Source: Thermoanaerobaculia bacterium | GTDB taxonomy: Bacteria > Acidobacteriota > Thermoanaerobaculia > Gp7-AA8 | NCBI GenBank assembly: GCA_963719365.1 | Contig: OY970380.1 | Coordinates: 590,903 to 654,902, forward strand | DNA length: 64,000 nt | Direction: 5' to 3' | Position numbers and translations under genes: made by a program | Part shown: positions 36,645 through 49,069 of the stretch, one piece after another | Position numbering within the stretch: position 1 is the stretch's first letter | Layout: the number at the start of each line of letters is the position of its first letter | The notes under the pieces: model-generated | Told to the model about the DNA's origin: nothing | Seen by the model: only the letters and a program-made list of their open reading frames with translations | Database searches by the model: none

Positions 36645-38036
36645 TCACGCCGCGAGAATCGGATCGTGCCACGAGCCGCCGGGAAGGATCCGTTGCGCTT
36701 CCTCCGGTCCCCAGGTGCCTGGCTCGTATTCGTGGACGGGGATGTCGTGGCCGATGATCGGGTCCACGACGCGCCATTCGGCTTCGACCATGTCTTCGCG
36801 GGCGAAGAGCGTGGCGTCGCCTTTCATGGCGTCGCCGAGCAGCCGTTCGTACGGTCCGAGCTGACCGACCACGTTGCTGACGGCCAGGAGCTCGACGTTC
36901 TGCCCAGTCATCCCCTCCCCCGGTATTTTCGAGCGCACGCCGAGGGCGATGGCGACATCGGGGCCGAGGCGGAATCGGACGTAGTTGGCGTTGTCGGGAG
37001 TGAGCGTGTCGCCGCGAAGATCGATCAGCGGCGGTTGCTCGAGCTCGACGAGCACCTCGGTGCAAGTCGACCGGCAGCGATTTCCCGCGCGGATGTAGAA
37101 GGGAACGCCGGCCCAACGCCAGAGTCGCGATGTCGAGCCGCAACGCCGCGAAGGTCTCGACTTTGAATCGGGAGCGACGCCTGTCTCGTCGCGGTAGCCG
37201 CGAAACTGGCCGAGGACGACGTGGCTCGGGTCGATCGGCCGGATGGCATCGAGAACCTGGCGCGCTCGTCGCGAATCGCTTCGGCGTCCCGCGCTGCGGC
37301 GCCTCCATCGCCAGGTAGCTGACGACCTGGAGCAGATGGTTCTGCACGACGTCGCGGATGGCGCCCGTCTCGTCGTAGAACGCGCCGCGGCCCTGAATCC
37401 CGAAATTCTCGGCCATCGTGATCTGCACGCTCTCACGAAGTTGCGGTTCCAGACCGGCTCGAGAAACGAGTTGGCGAAACGGAAGTAGAGGAGGTTCTGT
37501 ACCGGCTCCTTGCCGAGGAAATGGTCGATGCGGAAGATGGCCGTCTCGTCGAAGACCGTGAGCAGTGCTGGGTTGAGCTCGAGTGCTGACTCCAGGTCGC
37601 GACCGAACGGCTTCTCGACGACGACGCGCGCGCCTTTGGCGCAGCCGGAGCGCGCCGAGCTGCGTCGGCCACGGTCGCGAACATGCTCGAGCGGAATGGC
37701 CAGGTAGTGCAGAGGGCTGCTCGGCGCTCCCGAGCGCCTGCCGGAGACGATCGAAGGTGGCAGCGTCGCGATAATCGCCGTCGACGTAGTGCAGCAGCGA
37801 GACGAGCTTCGCGAAGGCCGCTTCGATCGACGCCGCCGCCGTGTTCAGCGAGGCTGTTCCTCCCCCGCTCGCGCAACTGGTCGAGCGTCCAGCCGGCCTT
37901 GGCCACGCCGATCACCGGCACGTTCAGGGTGCCCGCGCTTGATCATCGCCTGCAGCGCAGGAAAGATCATCTTGTAGGCGAGATCGCCGGTGGCCCCAAA
38001 AAAGACGAGCGCATCGGATTGCGGGGCTGCGGTCAT
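36645..38036 (-). pseudogene. zwf: Glucose-6-phosphate dehydrogenase, disrupted by at least 3 frameshifts
   Basis: N-terminus MTAAPQSDALVFFGATGDLAYKMIFPAL. Middle segment [39 protein letters not shown]-terminus ...[14 protein letters not shown]...GPEEA. The pieces fall in three different frames that abut one another. Confidence 0.75.
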
Positions 38037-38139
38037 GAGGAGTGCTCCGGAAGATTTCGCATCGGGCGCGAAGGATAGCGCTATCACGAAAAACGGCCAC
38101 CTCGCGGGTGGCCGTTTTTGGTCGAACTGTTGTTTTCGT

Positions 38140-40233
38140 TTACCAGATCCGGACGCGATCCTCGGGCGCGATGTAGTTCGGTCGCCCGGCTTCACGTCGA
38201 ACGCGGCGTACCAGGCGTCGATGTTGCGCACGGCGCGTTGACGCGGATCTGTCCGGGCGAGTGCGGGTCGGTGACCAGCTGCTGGCGCAGCGCGTCGTCG
38301 CGGATCTTGCCGCGCCAGACCTGCGCCCAGCCCAGGAAGAAGCGCTGGTCGCCGGTCAGGCCGTCGATCACCGGCGCCGGCTTGCCGTTCAGCGAGAGCT
38401 GGTAGGCGTCGAGCGCCAGCAGTCAGGCCGCCGAGGTCGCCGATGTTCTCGCCCATGGTCAGCTCGCCGTTGATGTGCGCGCCCGGGCAGCGGGCTCGAT
38501 AGGCGTCGTACTGCGCGCCGAGCTTGGCGGCCTGCGCCTCGAACTTGCGCCGCGTCCTCGGGCGTCCACCAGTCGCGCAGCATGCCGTCGCCGTCGGACT
38601 TGCGGCCCTGGTCGTCGAAGCCGTGGCCGATCTCGTGGCCGATCACGCCGCCGATGCCGCCGTAGTTGACCGCCGGGTCGGCGTTCGGATCGAAGAACGG
38701 CGGCTGCAGGATCGCGGCCGGGAAGACGATCTCGTTCTTGCATCGGGTTGTAGTAGGCGTTGACGGTCTGCGGCGTCATGCCCCACTCGGTCTCGGTCGA
38801 CCGGCTTGCCGAGCCGGCTGCGACGGTAGTGCCCAGTCGAAGCTGCGCGGCGCGCTCGACGTTGCCGAAGAGGTCGCCGCTGATCGACCTCGAGGCCGCG
38901 AATAGTCGCGCCACTTGTCGGGATAGCCGATCTTGACGGTCGAAGCGTGCGAGCTTCTTCGAGCGCCTCGCGCCTTGGTCGCCGGCGCTCATCCAGTCCA
39001 GCGTTCTCGATGCGGCGCGTCCATGCGCCGTGCGCAGGTTGCCGACCAGGGCGTCCATCTTCGCCTTGGACTCCGGCGGGAAGTAGCGCGCGACGTAGAC
39101 TCGGCCGAGCGCCTCGCCGATCGCGCCGTCGACGACGCCGACGCCGCGCTTCCAGCGCTCGCGCTGCTCCGGCTGGCCGTGCAGGGTCTTGCGCGGAACT
39201 CGAAGCTGCGCGTCGACGAAGCGCTTGGACAGGAGGGCGCGGCGTCGTCGGCGACGTGGAAGGCCTGCCAGGCCTTCAGGGTCTCGACCGGCGTCTCGGC
39301 GAAGATCGCGGCGATCTTCGGGAAGGCGCGTGTTCTGCGCGACGATCACCCGCTCGGCGCCTGCCGAGTCCGGCGGCCCCAGGTAGCGCGTTCCAGTCGA
39401 AGCCCGGGGCGCTGCTTCTCGAGCTCGGCGACGGTCATCGGGTTGTAGGTCTTGTCGCGGTCGCGGCTCTCGGCCGGGTCCAGTGCGCCTCGGCGATCTT
39501 GGTCTCGAGCGCGACCACGATCGGCCGCGCTCTTCTCGGGCTCGGCCCAGCCGATGAGTCCGAGCATGTCGGCGACGTAGGCCTGGTAGCGCTCTTTCTG
39601 CGGCTTGAATTGGCCTCCAGGTAGAAGTCGCGGTCGGGCAGGCCGAGGCCGGCCTGCGAGATGTAGAGCGTGTACTTGTCGGGATTCTTGGCGTCGTCGC
39701 TGACACCCGCGCCAAAGAAGGCGCTGCCGAATCCGCGTCGGAGCTGCCCATGATGCGGGCGATGTCATCGCGCGTCTGCGCCTTCTTGATCTTGTCGAGA
39801 TGGGCTGGATCGGCTTGGCGTCGAGCTTCTCCGCGCGGCCTCATCGAAGTACGGCGGTAGACGGCGGCGACTTTCGCCTCGTCGAAGCCGGGCTTCAAGG
39901 TCTTGTCTGGCGGCCCAGCTCGAGCAGCGTATGAACGCGCGCCTCGGACAGATCGCCGAGGACTGCGAAGGTGCCGTATCCGGTCTTGTCGGCCGGGATC
40001 TGCGTCGTCGCTGCCCACTTGCCGTTAACGTACTTGAAGAAATCGTCGCCCGGTTTCACCGAACGGTCCATGCCGTCAAGGTCAACGCCCCAGGTTCCGT
40101 ACCGCTGCGCAGCGATAGGCGCCGCGGGCGCGGCAGGTTTCGCGTCTTCGGCAAACGCGGTAAAAGCAATGGTGGATGCGAACAGACTAAGTGCGATCAC
40201 ACTGATCGTGCGATCAAGACGTCTCATGCTCAT
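38140..40233 (-). pseudogene. M13 family zinc metalloendopeptidase (PepO/neprilysin-like), multiple frameshifts
   Basis: Signal peptide plus N-terminal [58 protein letters not shown] zinc motif. [10 protein letters not shown] and C-terminal NIDAWYAAFDVKPGD...YIAPEDRVRIW. These are scattered over all three minus-strand frames. Confidence 0.7.
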
Positions 40234-40361
40234 GCGTATTGTCCCTTCAGGTTGGATGGAGCGGTTTTGGAACGGCAGAATAACAAACCTGCGAGTGAAA
40301 ACCGGTCAATGACACAGTACGTTCACCGAGGTGGGTTTCATTGGCTCACTGTCGAGCACGC

Positions 40362-41317
40362 TCATTGACGTTCGTCGTAGCGCGTGCCGGCGACGGCCTC
40401 GGCCGGGACGGCCTGCTCGATCGCGGTGAACTCGTCGCTGCTCAAGTGGATCGTGAGCGCGCCGAGGGACTCTTCGAGCTGGAGTCGGGTGCGGGCACCG
40501 ATCACGGGAACGACGTTCTCGCCGCGAGCCATCACCCAGGCAATCGCGAGCTGGGTGGGCGTTACGTTGTGCGCCGCGGCAATGTTGTTGAGAGCCTCGA
40601 TCAGCTGCCGGTTCTGCGCGAGATTCTCGTCGCGGAAGCGCGGCATGTGAGCGCGGAAGTCGCTCTTCCCTTGCGGCAACGATCCGCTCAGCAATCCGCG
40701 AGACAGAACGCCGTACGCCGTAACGCCGATCCCGAGCTCACGCAGCAGCCGGAAAGATCTCCCGCTCCGGATTCCGGCTGATGAGCGAGTACTCGATCTG
40801 CAGGTCCGAGATCGGATGGACCGCGCGCGCGCGGCGGATCGTCTCGACGCCGACCTCCGAGAGGCCGATGGCGCGGACGTAACCCGCCTTCACGAGATCG
40901 GCGATCGCTCCAATGGTGTCCTCGATCGGCACGTCTGGATCGAGACGAGCGGGCCGGTAGATGTCGATGTAATCAACGTTGAGACGTTTCAGTGTGTAGC
41001 CAGAAAGTTCTTGACGGCGGCCGGGCGCCCGTCGACGCCGAGCCACGCAGAATCCGGACCGCGGAGCGCACCGAACTTGACGGAGAGCATCACTTCGTCG
41101 CGCCGGTCGCTCGGATCGCGCGTGCGATCAGCATCTCGTTGTGGCCCATCCCATAGAAATCGCCGGTGTCGATCAGAGTGATGCCGCTGTCGATGGCCTG
41201 CTGGATCGTGGCGACGCCCTCATTCTCATCCGCAGAGCCATACATCCCGGACATGCCCATGCAGCCGAGAGCGATGGGGAAGACTTCAAGGGATCCGAGG
41301 TGGCGGGAGTTCGTCAT
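40362..41317 (-). pseudogene. Aldo/keto reductase, split into three frames
   Basis: N-terminus LGCMGMSGMYG...[18 protein letters not shown]. Middle segment [19 protein letters not shown]-terminus VPVIGARTRLQLEESLGAL. Each piece is in a different frame. Confidence 0.7.
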
Positions 41318-41401
41318 CGGGCAACCATAGGACGGATTGACAAGAACTTCAAAAGCATTTCACGCGGAGACGCGGAGGACGCGAAGAAAACCTCCGTGAA
41401 C

Positions 41402-41677
41402 TTACATAAGGGATTTCAGAACCTTCTCATATTCGTCATGTGGACCAATCCAAAACCAGACCACTTCATCGCTCGCCAGCAGTAGGCCGACTGCTCGATA
41501 ACTGCGTCCCACGCGTGCGGAGACAAGACGTTTCGAGCCATGAACACGTTTGAAATGCAAGCCCGGATGACGCGGATTCTTCTGAAATAGCCGATAGGCA
41601 GCGCGAGCCCGCGAGCGTATCTCGGCTGGCAACGCAGAGAATTCTTGGCGAAACTCAGGAGCTGTATGCGATTTCAC
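41402..41677 (-). CDS. Type II toxin, RelE/ParE superfamily
   Basis: 91 aa. ...HFKRVHGSKRLVSARVGRSYRAVGLLLASDEVVWFWIGPHDEYEKV matches the RelE/ParE-like C-terminal pattern. 4-nt overlap with the upstream antitoxin gene. Confidence 0.65.
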   Translation of the reverse strand: MKSHTAPEFRQEFSALPAEIRSRARAAYRLFQKNPRHPGLHFKRVHGSKRLVSARVGRSYRAVGLLLASDEVVWFWIGPHDEYEKVLKSLM

Positions 41678-41898
41678 AACGTCTCGGGATCAAGCGGTTG
41701 TGTTCGACCGCGACGATGATCCTCAAGCGCTTTGTCGGCCATTCGCTCGATCACTTCGGACGGCTGCGCGAATAACTCGTCCCACTTGCGATCTGCGTCG
41801 ATCTCTGCCAGCAGCCAGGCGCCGATTGCTTCCTGATCTTCTTCGGGAAGCTCTTTCGCAGCGGCGTAGGCCTCATCGAGAAGGTTGCTCATCGACAC
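41674..41898 (-). CDS. Putative antitoxin (addiction-module component, small acidic helical protein)
   Basis: 74 aa, acidic (LDEAYAAAKELPEEDQEAIGAWLLAEIDAD...). Sits immediately upstream of, and overlapping, the RelE/ParE-like gene. Confidence 0.5.
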   Translation of the reverse strand: MSMSNLLDEAYAAAKELPEEDQEAIGAWLLAEIDADRKWDELFAQPSEVIERMADKALEDHRRGRTQPLDPETL

Positions 41899-41901
41899 AT
41901 T

Positions 41902-43944
41902 CTAGTCCTTTGCCGTCGCGGACATTGGCGTGCCGAGGAGCTTTTGGACGATCTTTTCGGCGGGGGCGAGGCCGTCGTTTGCCAGGATCTCGATTGCCAG
42001 GTCGCGCGCTTTTTCCATCAGCTTGATGTCGCGGACGATGTTGCCGAAGCGGAAGCGCATGGCGCCGGATTGGCGGGTGCCGAGGGACTCGCCGGCGCCG
42101 CGGAGGCGGAGGTCGAAGCCGGCCAAATCGAAGCCGTTCAATGTTTTTGCGAACTGCGTGAGGCGGTCTTTTTCGATGCCGACACGAGCACGCAGTACGA
42201 CTGCCTCGCGCCGCGGCCGACGCGGCCTCGGAGCTGGTGCAATTGCGAGAGGCCGAAACGGTCGGCATCGATGATCAGCATCATCGACGCGTTGGCGACG
42301 TCGATGCCGACTTCGATAACGGTCGTCGCGACGAGGATGTCGATCTCGCCGCGCTGAAGCGCGCATCGTCTCTTCCTTTTCGGCGCGGCATGCGGCCGTG
42401 AAGCATGGCCACGCGCCGGTTCGGGAAGCGCTTCGCCGTCGCCTCGAATCCGAGCGTCAGCGGTTTGAGGTCGGATTTCTCCGACTCCTCGATAATCGGA
42501 TAGACGATGTAGACCTGGCGCCCCGGGCGATCTCGGTGTCGATGAAGTAGATCACGCGTTCGATTTGCGTGACGCCGAACGCAGCGCGGTTTGATCTTCT
42601 GCCGGCCCGGCGGCAACTCGTCGATGACGGTGAGTCGAGGTCGCCGTACATCGCCAGCGCCAGCGAGCGCGGGATCGGCGTTGCGGTCATCACCAGAATG
42701 TCGGGCGTGTCGCCCTTCGCGAAAAGCCGCTGCCGCTGCTCAACGCCGAAGCGATGCTGCTCGTCGACGATGGCCAGTCCGAGGATTGAAGAACGACGCG
42801 ACTTCGAGGAGAGCGTGTGTGCCGATGACGAGTTGAATCACGCCGTCGCGAAGGCCGGCCAGAAGCGATGCGCCGCTCGCCCGGGGTCAGCGACCGGTAG
42901 CTCGTCGCGACGAGCGACTGGTCAACTAGTTGACGGATGCGTTTGGTAGTGCTGCTCGACCAGGATTTCCGTCGGCGCCAGCAGCGCAACCTGGTAGTCC
43001 GTTCGCACATGATGATCGCAGCGATCAGCGCGACGATCGTCTTGCCGCTGCCGACGTCGCCTTCGAGCAACCGGTACATCGGCTTGTCGGATTGCAGGTC
43101 GCCCGCGATTTCTCGGACCACCCGCTTCTGCGCGTTCGTCAATCGGAACGGCAGGATCCGCTTGACCTCGGCGCGATGGCGTCGTCGAGCACGATCTTCC
43201 GCGTCTTCGTCACCACTTCTTCGCTGGCGCGGCGCACGCGCAGCGCGAGCTGCAACGTGAAGAACTCCTGCAGGATGATGCGGACGTGCGCGCGCGAACG
43301 GCGTCCGAGGAATGCCTCGTCGAGCTGTGGTGGATGGTGGATCTGTTCCAACGCCGGCGCGAGATCGATAACGCCGAGGCGCTTGCGCAAGGCGGGATCG
43401 AGCGGGTCCTCGATGGATGGAAGCGCCGCCAGCGCGCCCGTAATGATCTGCCGCAACGCTTTCGGCGGGATGTTGCCCACCTTCGAATAGATCGGAACGA
43501 TGGCGCCGTCGGCTTCGTCGTCGCCTTCGAATTTTTCCCAATCCGCGCTCTCGACTTGGAGCTGACCGTATGCCGAGAGTTTCGGAGTCCCGAACACGGC
43601 CAGCCGGTCGCCGCGCTTGATCTGATCGGCGAGAAAGCCTTGATTGAACCAGACCAGCTTCACCGCGCCGGTCCCATCCTCCAGCACCGCTTCGAACACC
43701 TTCATCCGACGCCGTGGAGTGATATGCAGGTTCGCGTTCATCACCTTCCCGCGCAGGAGAACCGGCTTGTCCACATGACCGCCGAGGTCGACGATGCGGA
43801 CGGGGTGGCGGCGGTCTTCGTAGCGATACGGCAGGTTGTAGATCAGATCGCCGGCAGTCGCGAATCCCGCCTCTTCGAGTTGCTGGCGCGGCTCGGTCCT
43901 GCGCCGGGCAGCGCGCGGACGGGCGTGTCGGCGGTGATGGTCAC
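41902..43944 (-). pseudogene. recG: ATP-dependent DNA helicase RecG, disrupted by at least 4 frameshifts
   Basis: Wedge domain fragment (43139-43774). Helicase motif [17 protein letters not shown]-terminal helicase [18 protein letters not shown]...LHGRM. C-terminus RLRGAGESLGTRQSGAMRFRFGNIVRD. All pieces are present but in different frames. Confidence 0.75.
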
Positions 43945-43992
43945 GCGGCTATTTTGATGCAGGCAGGTCGAATCTACGCCGAGTAGACAGAA

Positions 43993-44340
43993 CTAGTCGA
44001 ACTGCGCCTTCATCGCGATCAGTCCGATCTTCAGCGCGTCGTTGTTGTGGATCGTCACCGGCGTGCCTGTTGGGATGCGCTGATCGTTGACGTAGGTGCC
44101 GTTGACGGTGCCGACTTCCTCGAGGATGCAGTAGTCGTTGCCGCTGCGGATGATCTTGGCGTGGCGGCGCGAAACGGAGCGGTTCAAATCTACAGGCGTT
44201 AGATCGATGTCGGGCAGAATGCCGGTGACCGGATCGGCGCGTCCGATCGTCGTTTCGTCGGCCTTGCTGAATGGAAAGGCGGCGCCGGTGGTGACGTCGA
44301 TCAAACGATGGCGATCCGTTTTTTCCGGCACAGCGCTCAC
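43993..44340 (-). CDS. FHA domain protein
   Basis: 115 aa. TIGRADPVTGILPDIDL...SRRHAKIIRSGNDYCILEEVGTVNGTYVNDQRI is an FHA fold. Confidence 0.7.
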   Translation of the reverse strand: MSAVPEKTDRHRLIDVTTGAAFPFSKADETTIGRADPVTGILPDIDLTPVDLNRSVSRRHAKIIRSGNDYCILEEVGTVNGTYVNDQRIPTGTPVTIHNNDALKIGLIAMKAQFD

Positions 44341-44769
44341 CGTGGAGTCGAGGAGCCGTGCTCGCTGTGAACCTCGCGGCCGACGAGGCGCTCCAACAGC
44401 GTGTTGGCCTCGCGCAGCCGCTTCGAGTATTTCCTAATGATACGAACGGCAACTTCGGGGTTCCTGCGCAGCATCTCGTCGAAGCGCGCCCCGTTGATGA
44501 CGACGGTGCGGACGTCCGTTGCGGCGATGGCGTCGGCCGTGCGCGGAACGCTCTCGAGCACCGCCATCTCGCCGAAGAAGTCGCCCTTCTCGAGGTGCGA
44601 CAGCGTGTGCGACTCGCCGTTGATGTGCTTGATGATGTTCACCTCACCCTCCTGGATGATGAACATCTCGGTGCCGGCTTCCCCTCGCGGAAGATCACGT
44701 CACCGGCAGCGTAAATCGACGAAGAGGAGTCCTTCACGAGTTCCTTCCCGCCGGTCGTTTTGAAAACGG
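44337..44769 (-). pseudogene. Cyclic-nucleotide-binding domain protein with a single -1 frameshift
   Basis: C-terminal piece FIIQEGEVNIIKH...GEMAVLE. N-terminal piece MKTVFKTTGGKELVKDSSSSIYAAGDVIFREG. The junction CGCGAGGGGAAGCC would read through (REGEAGTEMFII) if the G-run were one G longer. Confidence 0.65.
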
Positions 44770-44772
44770 TTT

Positions 44773-45680
44773 TCATCGCTGGACCGCCGGTTGCGCAAAC
44801 GTGAGCGTGAGGTCCCGGGTACTGACGCGGACGGGTACGCCGATCGGCAACAGGAGGTTGTCTCCCTGATGGCCGAACGGCAGATCGCGTATGACCGGAA
44901 TGTTGCTGGAGGCGAAAAATTCGTGCAGCAGCGCCTCGATCTCAGCGTCGCTCCCGCACCCTTTCAGCTTCCCGATGACCACAGCTCGGATTTTTTTCAG
45001 TCTACCGGACAGCCGTAAGTGGGTCAACATACGATCGATGCGATAGACCGGCTCGTCGACATCTTCGAAGAACCAGATTCCATCTTCGATCCAGAAGTCG
45101 TACGGCGTACCGGTCAGCGCGGTCGTCAGCGACAGGCAGCCACCAAACAAGACGCCATCGGCTTCGCCATCGATGACGACTCGGGCCCGCTCGAAACGAT
45201 GAACAAGAGGCGCATCGCCGGCGAGCATCGACCAGAACCACTCCTCGATCGCCGGCGACAGCCCCGGTGCCCAATCGGAGTTGAGCATCGGTTAATGAAA
45301 CGAGGCGATGCCACACTTGACGGCGACGGCCTGGTGAAGCGCGGTGATGTCGCTGAAGCCACGATTGGACGGGGGTTGGCGGGGATGGCGTCGTAGTCAA
45401 CGCCGTCGAGGATGCGCATGGCGCCGTAGCCGCCGCGAGCGAAGAAGAAGGCATCGAAGTCGTCAGACCTCAAGTAACGGTTCAACTTGCAAGGCGTCCG
45501 CATCGTCGCCGGCGAGATAACCGCGGTGGCGATGATCGATGTTCCAGCGAGCGTAACGCGCAGTCCTCGCTGCTCGAGCGTTCGCGCCGCCGCTTCGATG
45601 CGCGGTAGTTCGGAAGGGGATGACATGGCGAGGACGACGACGCTGCCATTTCGCGGCAGCGCGCGGGGGCGTATGAGCAC
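44773..45680 (-). pseudogene. LD-carboxypeptidase (peptidase S66, LdcA-like), 2 frameshifts
   Basis: N-terminus SVVVLAMSSPS...RGYLAGDDADALQ...ARGGYGAMRIL. C-terminus WFWSML...HEFF in a different frame. Confidence 0.7.
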
Positions 45681-45774
45681 GAGCGGAGAGAAGCAAGGGC
45701 GATGCTAGGACGTTTGTGAGAGCAGCCGGTGTGCTAAGCGCCGCTCGTTGTCGCCGCGAATGGCAGAAAGTGTC

Positions 45775-45965
45775 AGGGGGGCGGGTGTGGGGTGTCGGGA
45801 GTGGGGGGTGGGAACCGCGCAGCGTTAGTCGCGTGGTGCGGAGTGTGAGCTAGGTGGCTTGAAGTGCGAGCCGGGGCGTCCTTTGCGCGTTGGATGGCCC
45901 GGCAGTACGATGCGTGTCGGCGTGTTTTTACTCCCACCCCCGACACCCCACACCCTACCCCCCGG
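45775..45965. repeat. G-rich/C-rich long inverted repeat, upstream-side bracket of rnpB
   Basis: G-arm GGGGGCGGGTGTGGGGTGTCGGGAGTGGGGGGTGGG. C-arm CTCCCACCCCCGACACCCCACACCCTACCCCCC. ~115-nt loop. Confidence 0.65.
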
Positions 45966-45975
45966 AAAACAAAAT

Positions 45976-46362
<387 letters not shown>

Positions 46363-46394
46363 ATCGAACGTAACAGGATTGATGTTTGGCCATT

Positions 46395-46607
46395 CCGGGG
46401 TGTGGGGGTGGGGATTGGGGTGTCGGAGAAAAACCGAACCCGCTCCCCGGTTCGCGACGAGGTTGTGACCAATCACCTGATCGCGGGCGTGAGAAGCTTG
46501 CGCTGCGACGATCATATAGAGGGAAAACCATCGACCAATGAATCGTGATCCGAGACTCGCAGAAGGTCTTGGCTCCCACCCCCGACCCCCTACACCCCAC
46601 ACCCTCG
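46395..46607. repeat. G-rich/C-rich long inverted repeat, downstream-side bracket of rnpB
   Basis: G-arm CCGGGGTGTGGGGGTGGGGATTGGGGTGTCGGAG. C-arm GGCTCCCACCCCCGACCCCCTACACCCCACACCC. ~140-nt loop. Confidence 0.65.
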
Positions 46608-46674
46608 TCAACAAATACATCCCCTTAAATTGTTGCTGTTTCAGTCGCTTACAATCAATGTCGGCGCGCCGACA

Positions 46675-47109
46675 TCAAAATACGTTTCGGTTTTTTGGGT
46701 CGGAAAACCACGCCAGCCACTCCTCGTTCGGGGCTCGCTCCTCCCCTTGCGGCAGCGACTCCAGCTCGTTCATGAAGCTGCCGGGATCGATGATCGCGAC
46801 TTCCCGCCGTTTGATCCGCGAAGAGAGCGCGCGATTGGCGGTGACGACTTTCCAGCCGCTGCCGGTCGCGACCCGCTTGATAATCAGATCGTCCGCCGAT
46901 CGCGCGCCGCTGAAGATCACGCTCACGCTGCCGAGGTTCTTGCCGAAGTGCTCGGGCTCGGGGCCGTCGAAGTAGCACCCGACCTTCGTTCGATTGACGC
47001 GGGCAGCGAACGCGCCGAGCGTCCGCACGAGTTGCCGCTTCGCGTCCGCCGTATCGCGCGCTGCTCCGGCGCGGCCGAGGAGGTTGTTGCCGTCGATCAC
47101 CCAGCTCAT
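46675..47109 (-). CDS. NYN/PIN-like domain protein (YacP-like), tentative
   Basis: 144 aa. MSWVIDGNNLLG N-terminus resembles NYN-domain proteins. Weak call. Confidence 0.4.
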   Translation of the reverse strand: MSWVIDGNNLLGRAGAARDTADAKRQLVRTLGAFAARVNRTKVGCYFDGPEPEHFGKNLGSVSVIFSGARSADDLIIKRVATGSGWKVVTANRALSSRIKRREVAIIDPGSFMNELESLPQGEERAPNEEWLAWFSDPKNRNVF

Positions 47110-47670
47110 GCTGCCCGGCGACTGCGCAAACGCTGATAAACGAAGAAGAAGATCAGCGGCATCCCGATAGGGTAATGATCACCAGCCACGGGAGGAAGAT
47201 GGCGATGATCGCATTCACGAACGCGAACGCGTCCTCGATCAGCGAGAAGAGAGGATCGGATTGCCGAGCCCTGCGGTCGAGAGCGTGCTGGCGCCGCGGA
47301 CACTCGCTTTGGTCAGGCGCGAGCCGAGGGCGGCACTCCCCGCGATCACGGATGCGAGGATCACGGCGCCGTGCGGGATTTTGTCCGAAACCGCAGCCCA
47401 GGCAACCAGAGCGCCGGCGAGTGGGCGAATGATCGTGTGGATGACATCCCAAGCGTGATCGACCGTCGGGACTTTGTCAGCCACGAACTCGACGAGATAG
47501 AGGACCGCCAGGACGATCAACACCGGCGTCGAGGCGAAGAAGCGCGCCAGTTCATCGTGGAAGATCGCCGGCTGCCATCGCGACACGAGTCCGAAAACCA
47601 GCAGCGTGGCGTAGGCGTTGATGCCTGCGCCGAGGCCGAGTCCAGCCGAGGTCAGGAGCGAAGCGATCAT
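47106..47670 (-). pseudogene. Integral membrane protein (DUF4126-like), probable frameshift near 47240
   Basis: 143-aa hydrophobic N-terminal piece (47239-47670). Hydrophobic continuation ...DPLFSLIEDAFAFVNAIIAIFLPWLVIITL in another frame. Confidence 0.4.
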
Positions 47671-49023
47671 CAGCGTGGGATCTTGACGACGACCGGCGCC
47701 TTACTCAGACCGGACGGCATCGACTTCGAAGCGGTAATCGCCTCGGCACTCGTGTCGAAGCGGCCCCAGAAAACGCGGTAGCAAGGGCGTCCGCGGTAGC
47801 TGATGGGAACGAACCAGGCCTTGCTGCCGGCCTCACTCAAAGCTCGCGTGATTGACGCAGTCTCGCAGACGAGCTCGAACTGGACGGTGTAGGTGCCCCC
47901 CTTCTGCGCTGCGAAGTCCTTCGCCATGTTGTCGTACTTCGCGCGGGTAGCGTCGTTCGCCGGAGCAGTCGTGCTGGGAGTGTTCGTGATTGTCGGTGCG
48001 CCCGCGGCTGTGCGCTCGAGGTGGGTGCCGCTGGACGCCGCGGATGCTGGCGACGGAACCGGCGTGATCCCGTTCGCGGCCGTTCGAGGAACGACGGCTG
48101 GCTTTGTGGCGAGCGGCTGCTTTGGCGGAGCTGCCTTTGCTGCAAGTTGGGATGGTGCCGACGCAGTCGTGGTGGCAATTTGAGATGGCGACGTCTTTGG
48201 CGCTGTCGTCGTAGCAGGAGCCTGCTTCGGTGCGGAGGCTGTATTCGCTGGCGGTAGCGTTGACGTCGTCGCTGTGCTGGTCTTTGCCACGAGCGGGGGC
48301 ATCGGAACAGTGGATGTTGTTGCCACGGTCGGCGGCGTGGACGCCGCCGGGCCAGCCGGCGGGACGCCGGCGTTGCGAGCTTCGCTCTCTTCACCGGGAC
48401 GATCACTTCGGCGGGGGCGTTGCGGTCTTGCCACCATTGCCAAGCTGGGTAGGCGGCTCCGCCGAGGAGCAGAAGGACGAGGATCGTGATCCACAGCCCG
48501 GCCCTGCTCTTCCGCGGCGGCTTCGAGGCGGGTGCTGCGATCGAGTCGGAACCGCGTCCTTTGCTCGCACTGGCACGGCGGCGCGGCGGGCGGCCTCGAT
48601 CTGTGCTTCGTCGAAGCCCCACTGCGGCTCGGCTCCGAGTGCGGTCGCACTGACGCTTGCCGGCAGGAGTGGCGCAATCTCGGTTCCGGAATGATCGTCA
48701 TCATCGGGCTCATCCCAGACTGACTTAGACGTCGCTGGCGAGGGCGCAGGTGAATGCACCGGTGACGGCGTTATCGGAGTCGCCTGCACGGCGTCCCATG
48801 CTTCGCGGTCCACTTCCGGAATTTCCATCGTCGCATCCTCGGGGGACAAGCCCGCAATCTTCTTCCTGGGGAGCATCGGCAACTGGCGGCGGCGCGACGT
48901 CATCGAGAGTAAAGTCGGGATTTTCGACGTCCCAGGGCGTGGCAGACGCCGCCCAGAAACCTCATGTTCTGCTGGAGGTATATCCAGACGAGTTACCAGC
49001 TTCAGCAGTCGGAGAGCCTCCAA
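47670..49023 (-). pseudogene. SPOR-domain (peptidoglycan-binding) membrane protein, frameshifted
   Basis: C-terminal SPOR domain TYTVQFELVCETASITRALSEAGSKAWFVPISYRGRPCYRVFWGRF. Pro/Thr/Ala-rich linker. Transmembrane segment LWITILVLLLLGGAAY in a second frame. Acidic cytoplasmic N-terminal piece in a third frame. Confidence 0.6.
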
Positions 49024-49069
49024 CAGTTTGTAGACATTGAAGATATCCTTGCCGGACTGCGCCGCAACA

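Noticed and set aside
38459-40018. 519-aa ORF and the 235-aa ORF at 51788-52495 as independent genes
   Set aside because: These are out-of-frame shadows created by frameshifts within the M13 peptidase and esterase genes. The homologous segments are in the neighbouring frames.
48961-49050. Locally lower-GC patch suggesting a small inserted element
   Set aside because: It translates in frame as a plausible protein segment (DIFNVYKLLEALRLLKLVTRLDIPP) continuous with neighbouring coding sequence, so it is more likely ordinary coding DNA.
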